From assembly GCA_001949185.1 (NCBI GenBank), contig BDGG01000001.1:7936695-8000694 (forward strand): a stretch of 64,000 nucleotides of DNA, given 5' to 3'. Under the pieces are notes generated by a model. The model ran no database searches. It was not told the origin of the DNA and was given only the letters and a program-made list of their open reading frames with translations. This stretch comes from Ramazzottius varieornatus. Lineage: Eukaryota > Animalia > Tardigrada. The translations under genes were made by a program, and so were the position numbers. Below are positions 52,412-64,000 of the stretch, one piece after another (within the stretch, counting starts at the first letter, position 1; each line of letters starts with the position of its first letter).

Positions 52412-53711
52412 ATGGTGCATTATTTTTATGTACACCTGGTGTACATCTGTGTTGTTTTTGTTCTCATTTCGTTCAAGATGATTGATGTAGTTCCTAATAT
52501 GTTTGCTTTCAGAAAAACTCCGGTGTCCTTCGCTGGATTGACGAAGTTACCTTCTGACTCTACTCAAAACGATGTTCCAGAGAGGTTATCGTTTGAGAAA
52601 AGATGGAACGATATTGTAGACACCGAAGAGGTGAGTCACCTTTGACACCGCATAAACATACTAAATGAATCGAAGTGCTTGTTTGCAGGTCAACCGTTTT
52701 CGCTCGGAGTACGTTAGACGTTGTCCCAGTTTTAAGACAACTTATACGCTAAACATAGAATCCGGGAAGGACCGAAATATATCGGCGGATCTTTTGGCGA
52801 CTCGCGGTTTAGCTAGTGCTTTAAACTCTGTTCTGTCTGCTTTTGTACTGTGCGACTTGGTGGATCCTCCCCGAAAGTTCTATCTGGCCGCAGAAAAATG
52901 GAACTACGGAAACTTCAATACAGTGTTCATGGATTTCACTGATCGAACGGTATGCCACATCACAAAACTGAAACCGGTGCTTGCAGATCGCAGCACAAGA
53001 CTTCGCCTGCTTCCTAATGGCACGGTTAAAATTGATGGTCCACATGCTCTCTTCGAGCTCAGTATCCTGCCTCATCAGAGTGAGCATTATAATGTTCACA
53101 GAAACCTCCCGGCGCATACGGGACTAGCGAAATATTTCAGCATGAAGTCGGTGACCGCTCGAGCTTTTTTAGTTCCCGCGCCGTACATTAAGAAAATTAT
53201 CAGACTGATGTGGAGCGAGTTAACAGACTTTGACGGGAAATACGTCTTCTTCCATATCCGACGTGGTGACAAACACAAGGAAGCACAAGAAGTTCCAGTT
53301 CGAAAATTTCTGGAAAAGTATATGGAAAACTGTGGCCAAGGAAGCAGCTGTTCAAGGACGGTTTTCGTTATGTGTGACGGTGAAAAAACCTGTAACGATT
53401 TCAAAAGCCAGCTCGGCCCAGGGTACCGTTATGCTCACTACAGTTCACTGATGAGCTCCTGGAAACTATGGGTGGCTGCACAGCACTATCCAGAACATTC
53501 ACAAGAGAAGTTTGACGCGCTTTCCGAAACGGAACGCCTTGCGCAAACAACAGAGCTAATTGTATCTTTGTATTTGGCAGCATTGGCAGACTCAGTTTTC
53601 TGCACATACTCTTCAAATGTTTGTCGACTTATTGCCTTGTTGCGTGGAGGAACACTAGATAACAGCACTGTATACAGCCTTGACACCACGAATTGGCATA
53701 ACTACCGCTAA
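52412..53711 (+). CDS. GT23 alpha-1,6-fucosyltransferase (FUT8-like) type II membrane protein, no SH3 domain, ~413 aa
   Basis: Exon 52412-52630 (TM HLVYICVVFVLISF), intron gtgagt..ttgcag 52631-52688, exon 52689-53711. Motifs FHIRRGDK (I), VFVMCD (II), LAALADSVFCTYSSNVCRL (III), SLD..W end. Start codon tentative. Confidence 0.85.
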
Positions 53712-55746
53712 AACAGTTGGGGATGAGACAGGTTTCAACCAATCAACATATTTCTGTGTTCGAAAAAGTTTGAATTTTGATGGCTAAGCTAATCAAGATT
53801 TCGATGTACAGTGCACAAAATGCGTCCCTGCATGCATGAGCACCGGACCACGGGCACGGTACTTACAAAGGTTACGTCAAACGTCATTCGAAAGGTTTAC
53901 GAATCTCTGCTTTTTTCTCTGACCTTTCACTTTGACTAGCTAGAGCGAGGGACATCGGCACGGATCCCCGCGGATGAAGTACAAACATAGTTTTTTTTCA
54001 TGGGTACGAATCGGGCTCGTGTGAACGGAAGGACCGGATCTGTAAAGTAACTGGCTTGGGATGGACGCTAACGAACTACGGTGTTAAACGGCGGATGCGT
54101 CGGATTTTCATTCGTTGCGCTGTTCCCTTGACTGAGAGATGTCGGTTACTTTCTACAGCAGCTTCGGGCCGAATATTTAGAAAGGGTTGTGCTGTGAAGT
54201 CAGAGCATCAGTGGGAGCGCACAGCCCGACAGAAACGTGAGGAGTGGGTGACGTCGGCACGTGGTACCACACGGTAAGGCACTCGCACTTCTCATAAAAG
54301 TTCTCTGAGGCGTCGAAGGATGGTTAACGTTGATTACACTTGAATTCTAACAGGAATTAGGACCCCAATAAAAGACTGTATAGGTAAAACTAGAATTTTT
54401 GGAGATTCGCTATCCTTAATTGATTGGATCAGATTGCAAAGCTATCATACGGAGTGGATGTTGCGTGAAACATCCTGCCAAGAAGAAAGAGGCGACGGTA
54501 ATTCATCCGTCTCTGCATATGACTTGAGGCAGGAGTTGATGTAAGACCAACACTAAGACTAACGATGTGGATATCAGTGGTGTAGCAAGAACGAGACTGG
54601 AAGAGAAGGACGAGTTCTTGAAGTCCAAAGTGATCACAGCTGGGTTACGAGACCAATCTCAGTATGCGCCATGAACATCTCGGCCAGGTCAGGGCTCCGA
54701 TTGCAGAAATACAGAGTACCATCCCTTTACTGTCTCTGGGCAGGTCCAAGGTTCACGCAGCCCTTAGTTGATTGAGGTTCACTCAACCATCAGTCAGCCG
54801 ACGACCTTTAGCATTGCCAGATTTTCTGAAATCTAGTGATTGTGCGCACGCCATAGCCTCTTGAGCGCTGCAACACCGCTGCTGTTTCATAGTTCATCAG
54901 CAGTGACTTGGAAGTTAACGGTCCCGTGGTGGTTGATAATCTGTTGGACGTCATCAGTTCTCTGGGCCTGTTGAATGATGGCGCGTTGTAGTAGTCTGAC
55001 GGTATACAATGGCCGTCTTCTGGATTTGCAATCCGCATCCTTTGAAAGATCGTTTCTATACCCGGAAAAATGAAAATTCTTATTTTGGAAAAACCAGAAG
55101 TCACATTTAGATAACTTCTGACTGCTGTGATGAAGAACCAACTTAGTTCTATAGAGTAGCATGATTCGCTTCGGAAACGGTCAAGCAAGTAGCTGAAGAA
55201 GAAATTCGGAAAAACAGAAATAAGTCTTCACCCGTTAACTATAAACCCAGCTCTCTCCTCCCGTGGCCAACGCGCCGACTTAATTCTTGCTGCAGGAAAA
55301 AGAGGAGTGTTAGTGGTTAAAACATCGCATGAAGCAGAAGAGAAAAAACAAACACCTTTGACAACTGCTTTGCCGTCTCTCGATACCTTCCTGGAAACTA
55401 CTGCGCAGCATGGTGAGGTGGTGCCAGGCCTTTTTAAATTCGGAAGTATGGGGGGACAGAGATAGGCTAGAACACCTGAGGTAACAAAAATCTTGGGCCT
55501 TCCTCTGTAGCAAACGACCGCATTGTCGTACTAGTACCGGGCTGCACGCTTGTACCTCGCAAACTGTGAACGGAGCTGGTCCAGATAGCTCATATTTAAT
55601 TCCGGCTACTTGATGTCGCCTCTCTGGCGCCCAGTGACGTAAAGCAAGCGAAATTTAACCCAACTGACTTGCACACTCTGCCTCGAAACTGGTTACGCTG
55701 TGCCCAACACATGGTTTATATGTGCGTGACATGCGCGTACTCCCAT

Positions 55747-57231
55747 AAGCATTTCCGTTATTGTATAGCAAAGTGAGTCGTGTGACCCATATGGTTTTTT
55801 GATTTTGTTCAAAGAAAAAAGGAATGAATATCGTCTTAGCGTCTTGAGATAAACTATCGGGTATAAATGATGCTGATTGGCTACGGATTGTGGATTGAGA
55901 TATCGCTCTCTAATATACTTGTGATTTCTGAAATTATGACGAACTGTGCCGCGGTCGATCAAAGGAGCCAACTCATAACATCACCGCAAGAATATTTCGC
56001 GAGCTTGTCCATGTGTGAGGGGAGTAGGAAGTGAAGCAGAATGCGTTGAAGATTTTTCCGATGGTGGTCACTGTATTTAGAACCTCTTACGCTTGCAGAA
56101 ATCGCTGGTACGAGCAAGAAGTGAGGGTTACTATCAATACATTATGGCATATCTTCCCTTCTGCAAGAGTTCTGTAGAAAGCAATGGTGGTTAGAATGTT
56201 CGCGAATGTGCACCAAAGACCGAGATCAAGTTCTACTAACGAGGGACCCTTCAGACCATGTCACTGGCTATAATCTACTATACTACAGTTTGAAAAAGCG
56301 GTATCGGCTATGCCGCGACTTAAGGCTATAGCACTGCCTGTGCGCCACCACATACCGCAGTGGTGGCTAACTTTACAAACCCGGTATGGGACGGCTAAGT
56401 TTACAACCTTTACCTCGTACCTCACCTCCGGAAAATGTCGAAGAAAAACATTTTTTCCCGATCAGTCTGAATCAGCAAAAGTTTTTAGAAGTCCGTCTAC
56501 TCCACTTTCATTGCCGACGACCCATTATTACTGACGACACGAGGACCAGTAGACTCACAAGAACTGAGTGGCTCATACGGGTTCAACAATGGCTTCACGC
56601 ATTTCGGATTTTCCGTAGCTCAAGGAAGTGGTCATCTGCCTTTCTTCCCGATACTTTGTAGAGTGCCAAAGGTCTCAGCTATCTCGTGAAAGCATTAATA
56701 TCGTGATCGGCCAGCGACATGGTCTGAAGGGTCCCTCGTTAGTAGAACTTGATCTCGGTCTTTGGTGCACATTCGCGAACATTCTAACCACCATTGCTTT
56801 CTACAGAACTCTTGCAGAAGGGAAGATATGCCATAATGTATTGATAGTAACCCTCACTTCTTGCTCGTACCAGCGATTTCTGCAAGCGTAAGAGGTTCTA
56901 AATACAGTGACCACCATCGGAAAAATCTTCAACGCATTCTGCTTCACTTCCTACTCCCCTCACACATGGACAAGCTCGCGAAATATTCTTGCGGTGATGT
57001 TATGAGTTGGCTCCTTTGATCGACCGCGGCACAGTTCGTCATAATTTCAGAAATCACAAGTATATTAGAGAGCGATATCTCAATCCACAATCCGTAGCCA
57101 ATCAGCATCATTTATACCCGATAGTTTATCTCAAGACGCTAAGACGATATTCATTCCTTTTTTCTTTGAACAAAATCAAAAAACCATATGGGTCACACGA
57201 CTCACTTTGCTATACAATAACGGAAATGCTT
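55747..57231. repeat. Long near-perfect inverted repeat: 522-bp arms (55747-56268, 56710-57231), 441-bp spacer
   Basis: Arms are reverse complements wherever I checked (one mismatch seen near the inner end); both give the same 75-aa conceptual translation; no TSD in flanks. Confidence 0.92.
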
Positions 57232-60200
57232 TTCCTGTCTTGCTCATTTGGGAGTTTTAGACCAAAAGATCCGACTCGTTTGAGCGAAAACCGGTACAGT
57301 TCAGAGATGTTCATTTTTAACAGGTGGGAGGACGACAAAGAAAACGTTGCAAAGTGGATTGGAGAACCCATGTGGGAAAATCTTGTAGAATGTTTTCGTA
57401 AGAGATCTATTTTGCCGCCGTCCATACCGCAATGTTTGGGCTGCATTTTATGACCAAAACTGTCAGGGTCTGCTCTAAGTATTAACGTTCGAGTTATTGA
57501 AATTGGACGACGGGAACACAAGATATGAGCAAGAAAATGAAGACCATGGGGTGGCACTGACCTGTGTCCGTACAGTATAACGACGCAGGTAAGTTGAGTT
57601 AATCATAATTTGCTTCAGACACTCAATTTTTCCTTCGCTATGAAGTCTACTCCTACTCGAACAAGCGACAACGACATCGGGATATGTCCTACACGTATCC
57701 GAAATTGCGAGAACAGATACGCGAAAAGGCGTCCAAACACCCTGTCGCTTGCAGCGATGCCGGATACGGTTAGGGGGGGAGTCAGTTATGGGGCGGCGGA
57801 AATTTCTGAAGCCACCCATGACGCAGTAGTGCTCGTATCAGTATACTGACTGCTTTTGTGGATGCGTCATATTGCAACTCTAAAATGTTCGCCCACCCCA
57901 TGACTAACTGTAAATTTAGAGCCGCAGAAGTTCAACCGTATCCGGCATCTCTGGCTACTTGGAACTGGAAGAACGTCAAGTGTGTGATGTCTGCACCAAA
58001 CCATATCTGTCATTTCGCTCGTAATTCCGTATCTCCAGGTTCCGCAAGTTGGGGCAATCATGGTACAATCACTGAGGGTGGAAATATCACAAGTTATATG
58101 GAAAACTCTGAAAAAGGAAAGAATAAAACGTCCCGTACAGTGTTACGCGAATTAAAAATTTCACACCTGTCTAAATCACCATGTTATAGTAGGTATGTGA
58201 AAGTCCGGAATTACGTATCGCACTTGCAGAATGGCAGACCTCATTCCATTGTTCAGTACCTGTTCGTATTAAACGAGATCGAAAGTGGTTTGCAAAGGCC
58301 ACACGAATACGCTTGGACAACATCGCTTGACAACTTTTCGTCCTGCAGGGCGGTGTTGATGATTTTTTCCATGTTTGCTTGACTAATAAAAGAAGACACA
58401 GACGATCGCCGAACTCCTTCTGTTAATCTAATTTTGCTGCAACGTATTCTACAAGTGAGGACCACTATCAAGTGGTCTTGGCCACTGAGAAGGCCGAGCG
58501 GGCGCGAGGAAATCAACTAGAGGGAATGTTTATTCGATCACGTGATCCAGTTGGGCCTCCAGAAAGGCGAAAAAGAAGAACGCAGCAACCTTCCACCTCC
58601 TTCATGGTGAGTTCACCAGCTTCAACAGGCGACCACTATTAAAAATTTGTCGTCAAACTCATGCAGGACCCATGGAACTGTCCAGACGGAAGAGCAGCGA
58701 TGAGCATACAGGAAATCTGGGAGACAGAGGCAGTTCTTTAGGAGGAAGAGGGCCTGGTGAGCAAACCACAGGGTAAGCTTTGCTTGCACCAACTTCATCT
58801 CACTTGTTTCCGCTCCGATCGCTTCCTCCAGACCCTCTTCAACGGCGCTCCCAGCAGGCCCGGGTCGTTCCTATCGGGGGAAAGGATACCAGGAGAGACT
58901 GCTGCCTCTTTACTTGCTTGACGTTCTTGCATTTCACACTTGGACGAATTCAGCTACAACCCCAACTAACTTAGGATGACTCAGGAGAACTTCAGATAAT
59001 TTCCGACAAGTATTAAGATCTCGGTGAAAAAGCAGATGATCCCCCTGAAACTGACCGGTGTTTGAAATCAGTTGACATACCTACTAGTGCGCGTTTGTCC
59101 CGTTACTGTCAGCGCATCGAATAACTACCGTCTACAGGATGAACTTCGAGTGAGCTGGCAGGTTGAACAATATCAACCGCCTGAAACCGTCTTGTCCGTG
59201 GAATGGATCTGGCCCAATGTCCATTGATACTTCGGTATGGCTCTCTGACTATTGACCTGGTGCTGCCTTCCTTGCTACGTTCTTCTTTTTCGCCTTTCTG
59301 GGCTTTCTGAGAAGAATTGAAAGAATTGACAGTATCTTCCAAAAGAAGCAACACGATATTGATGAATAGCAAAAATTATAAAGTCTGACGCTGCTTTCTT
59401 TTCTCTCTAGTGGCATTTGCGTCATTTTGCGTGGACTGCAGCATGAGTCCAGTACTCATCCTTCCTACACACAATTCCATATAACGTCATATAGACGATG
59501 CGAGACGGACTGCGTACTCTTCGTTATAGTTAGGGTAATGGATCTTATAGGCGACAACGGACGTCGTGTGATCCCCGGATAAGAATAATTCCTCGTATCT
59601 TTCCCAACCACCTTGCTCTTTTACCATCGACCACTATTGTACATGGCCCGAACTGCGTCACCTGAAACGGGGAACGGAATTGAAATAGATATCGATACAT
59701 ACATGGTTTAATACGAGCAACTTGATGACAGCACACAAACGACGTTAGATAGCGCTTACGACTCTTGAAACGCTTCCCAAAATCCTCGATATTGAGAGCC
59801 ATGTTTGATCCTCTGAGAACGCATCAGAAGGAATGTGCAGTTTGCAAGAGACAAAAGTAAAGCAAAGATTAGAAAACCGATGAAATGCACCGTGGCACCG
59901 CTATGAGGATTACCTTGAAAATCTGATCGTGCTAACGTCGTCAGAGTAACAATACTGAAATTGCGATATGTGCATGGTTTTCAGACCAGCAGATTAGCGA
60001 TTAACTGGTCAAGGGTGGCAAAGTTGTCGGGTGGCGATTCGGCTAGGGTGTCAAAATTTACCAAGCCTTGCTCTAATTGCGGTACTATAGTATGCTTCCT
60101 ACTTCCCAGCGCAGTCTCTGCAATGAAGAGCCAAAGCTTCACCCGTAAATTTGTACAGCACAGCGCAGCATGCAGCAGGAAGCCAAAAACTGTCGCGCAG

Positions 60201-61974
60201 ATACACGTACCGAAACCTAACAAACAATTGGAACTTTTGAGTATTCAAACTTCAGGTATCTGAATTTTGCCGGACTGTAGGGCCAGGTTTTCCAGGTAGA
60301 CTACCGAGTTTGCTGACAGAACTATAGAATTTGTCAGTACATCAGCGCGCAGCGCAGTTGTAACAGGTCAATATTGCAGTTTTCAGTTTTCAAAAGATCT
60401 GTTAGCCTACTGTTCAAAGCCCGGTTTCTTAAGGTTTGTTCTAAATTTGCCCGTAAGGCTGTCAGCTCGTAGTCGACCTATTGCAAAGTACACTACAGTG
60501 GCGAGGTTCCCGATACTGAAAACAAATGACGGTACATCTGACCGCAAGAGGTCGAGCTATGAATTAACGGGAGCTACATGTACACATTTTGACCCGGTGA
60601 AGTTTGATTTCCATTTCTGGTTAAGGAATTCCCGCAATTTTAGAATTTCATCTCATTTCATTCGTTACACTACGAGTGCTGTACGGAACAGTGTACCGTT
60701 GACTAATTATATCTTGCTCCGTGAAATACTAAGGTGCCGGAAGCCGAAGTTAGATCTAAAATGTCTTGAGTGATCGAGAGACAGCAGGTTAACCAAAAGC
60801 GCGAAACAAGAATGGCGACAGTTGATACACAAACCAAACATGATTAGGAGTCTGTCAGATAGCGGTGACTTAAATAGATTTCCGCTGGCAACCATTAATC
60901 GTCGAAAAAACTCATTATTTAGAGAAAAGCGATTCGCCTGGCTTCTGACCACATGCATTGTGGGTTTGGTCAGGCTTGGAAGATGAGTTCTTGAACGGAA
61001 GGTAGAAGCGGGGCGCGTGAAAGTTTAGCTTTTCGTTCCTTAGATGGACATTGGATGTCGACGGCCGCTCTGTCTCTACAGATGGTTCTGCCGTTAGAAG
61101 GCGTATCTCGTCCGCGGACTCGATATCGTAAGCTGGCAACTGCGATCTTTCTCTGTAAAGCCTTGAAGAAGGTCTAAAATGCAGCGTAAGTTACTGTGCT
61201 ACCTCCAAGATTTTAGGAAGTCACTTGCCAGCCCCATACATCAGTTCCCGTGTGATCGCGGTTAGATCAGTAGCACCCAGGAATTATTTTATGGGTCTGT
61301 CGCAATTTCCAGAATCACACGGAGCTTGCTTCTGTGGTTCTACATCCCTAGAACTGCTGAAGAGATGTTCAGCTACAGCTCAAATCTTTCGCTCCTGGGA
61401 AAAAATCTTTGTTTCTCGGTATAACTATCTCTCATCAATGTCTTTCCTATTCCAAGATTGCATTCGAACCCTATACTGCCCGAGTATCTAACTCAAATAG
61501 TTCGGCGCGAACACATTTCGGGAAGCAAAACTCTTTCTCTAAGACAAAAAATAGTCTTCCCGCAACACCAAGCTGCCGGAAGACCATAAATTTTTCTTCC
61601 GTGCTACGGCGAGAAAAAAATGTCGTCCTGCGCTCTACTAGACACAACCACGATCGGATGAGCCTTTTTCTGGGACGCTCCTTGCAACTTCCCTAAGAAT
61701 TTTTTGGCCGAAAGCAACCTAGGGGGATGGTTCTAGACGTAACGGGTAATCTGAGAGGAACTTTCGTCTGGTAGGAGGTACAATTTTTTCGAAAAAATGA
61801 TGTTAGCCTTGCGTGACCACACTAGTGCAAAGAACTGGGATCAAGAAAAACTGTAGTAACCAGAGAATGCCAATTGATCATGAGGGAGTCTTTCGAATAA
61901 AGTGGTGGTACTGAAAGCCTTTGCCTGTGTGGTATCGGTGAGTAGGGTCTCCAGACTTCTATTCGTTTCGCAAT

Positions 61975-62078
61975 CATGCGAGACCTTTGAAGTATGGTGA
62001 GTCCGGCTTACAAGGGATGGGTTTGGATGGAAGGGATGCGACACGGGAAAGGTGGTGGCGTCGCAGTCTTCTGTGTGC
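61975..62078 (+). mobile_element. Small LINE APE-endonuclease N-terminal remnant
   Basis: CETF...AYK...RD..GKGGGVAVF across frames. Confidence 0.4.
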
Positions 62079-62456
62079 GCCAGCTTATTGTGTTAGCAAC
62101 GTTTTGGCTATTTTTACTCTCGTGACCGACGCGAGCGAGCCACGTTAATTTACTACGATACCACAAGGTATCTTCCTACTACTAGAGGATTCACAGTTTT
62201 CTGCTTTTTCTGCGGCAGACTCTTGCGTGTCGCCGATTTGTGGTTTTTGACGTGGTAAAATTCTGTCTGGCTATGTCTTAAGCCAAGATTTCTCAGAGTC
62301 AATCCAAATCGGCCGTTCAAAGGCGCGTTCGTCGGCCTCTCATCACTTGTTATTTGTGAATTTTTCACTGGTCTGATTCCTGTTTGAAGTCGTTACTGGA
62401 AAGACGATATTCTGTTCTCGAAAAGCGAGAAGATAGCGAAACAAAAAAACAAGCAA

Positions 62457-64000
62457 CTACACATGGACAGACTTCCCATTCTTTACATCTAAAACGAAAA
62501 CCAACTCATCCAGACCCTTGGTATCTTGTAAGGTGGAGAAAACGGAATAAGGATTCGCACGCTGTATATTTATTGACACTCTCTGCTTAACGAAAGTAAA
62601 GGACCTTGACTCGCCCGTTACTTCCATCGTGTTTCTTCCGATCGCCTCAAACAGCTTCGTCGCGCAAGGTCTATGACCCAAGGGGCTCCATACCAACAAA
62701 GCAGAACAGAAACTAACTTCCGATATCTCGATACTTGGAAATCTTTCTCTTTTCGGCAGCATCAACAGCTGATCCGGCTTCCATAGCGACATGGCGAAGT
62801 TGGTCAGGGTATCGACGACTCCCACGTCCCACACGAGCTCTTTACCGTTCTTCCAAGGAACTTGCGTCATGCCATCTGGACGTCTCTTGTTCTTCCGGAA
62901 GATCCCTGGAGGATCGAGGATGGCAGAAATCTGGGCTAATGTCAATGCACGTTTGAGCGACTCATTAAGGGCGCTGTGTCGGCTGTAACGACCACCACTA
63001 AAGCTGCAACTCAAACCGTGCTGACCGTATCCATCCACATTAGCTCCGCAGCGACACTTGTGAGCACGGCTCAGCTTGGCGCCCAACCGGAGACCAACGC
63101 CGATTCGACTGGAGTTGCTATCCAGCAGGCTATCCAACGGAAGCGAGGGCAGTGCTTGATGCCAGGAACCAGAGTTACTATCTGAGACTGCAATAAGTCT
63201 CGCTATATGGTTGTCCGAAGCGGTATAACGAGGTTCCCGTGGACATTCTTGAGAAGAGGCCTGTCCCAGGCTATCTGTTGGTGGCGCAGTTCAGAGACAG
63301 GGGCTTCCGCTATGGTGAGAAGGCTTCACTTGGAAACGGCGAGGTACACCTATTGTCCAAATCAGCTTCAGGAAGGATGTCGAAGACCAGTTGATGCACG
63401 GAGTGGATCAATGCCAAAAAGGCAGGAAGTCTTCCGTACGACGAATGCCTAATCCACCTAGACCGAAGGGAAGTGTTGCTTGTCGCCATAGACCAGATGT
63501 CAATTCGTCGTTAGCACATTTCTCCAGACTTGCCCGTACCACCTCGTCGAACTCTGTAAGCAACCACGTAATCTTCCAGACAGGAGAATGTACAGGAGCT
63601 TGGGAACGCAAAGGCAGTTTTCGAGCACGAAGAGGGCCTGGTGAGCAAACAACAAGTTAAGGTTCGTGCGCACCAGCTTCATCTTACTTGTTTTCGCGCG
63701 AATGGCTTCCTCCAGGCCCTCTTCCATCAGTGGTGCACCTAGCAAACTCAGATCTTTCCTGGAGGGGAACTGTATACCGGGACAGGCAACCGCCACCACT
63801 TCTCGGCATGCCTGACGTTCGTCGAGCGAACCTCCAAAGGCGAATAGCTCACATCTGGTTAGGTTCAGCTCAAGTCCCAGCTTCCTTTCCTCTTCCACCA
63901 CGACCTGCGAATCAGACAAAACACGACCAGTCTTACCGCCGATGGTTCCGTTGTCGAGGTACCAAACTTTCAACGTGACTCGAGACTCTTCGTGAGGCTT
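62457..64000 (-). mobile_element. CRE-like non-LTR retrotransposon (RT C-terminus, zinc knuckle, RLE endonuclease), degraded, continues beyond window
   Basis: VWYLDNGTIGG (YLDD site altered), WRQATLPFGLGGLGIR, HKCRCG..HGLSC, RHSALNE, RRPDGMTQVPWKNGKELVWDV, KQRVSINIQRAN; frameshifts. Confidence 0.9.

Noticed and set aside
55693-57453. ORFs 55693-55971 and 57007-57453 as real paralogous proteins
   Set aside because: Their identity is explained by the inverted repeat; they start at TTG and have no recognisable domain.

Overview
Eukaryotic, compact, intron-containing animal DNA with introns of about 40-200 nt. A tardigrade-like invertebrate is my guess from style only. Three 50-N gaps lie at 10091-10140, 11850-11899 and 26022-26071. 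Host genes: the 3' half of a FARP/Cdep RhoGEF (DH-PH-PH), a GT32 DxD glycosyltransferase, two SUEL/Gal-lectin-like secreted genes (one with a nonsense codon), a CASD1-like SGNH exon, a pseudogenised GT11 alpha-1,2-fucosyltransferase and an intact FUT8-like GT23 fucosyltransferase lacking SH3. The rest is a transposon graveyard: hAT, Tc1/pogo/Tc5, MULE, Helitron, DIRS/Ngaro, gypsy, CR1/L2, CRE-type RLE LINEs and many MITEs. Most notable: (i) a 1.7-kb TIR element with a perfect 8-bp TSD that carries a spliced, divergent profilin-like gene instead of a transposase; (ii) a glycan-modification/lectin gene neighbourhood; (iii) a near-perfect 522-bp inverted repeat without TSD. All calls come from manual motif reading; no database searches were run.
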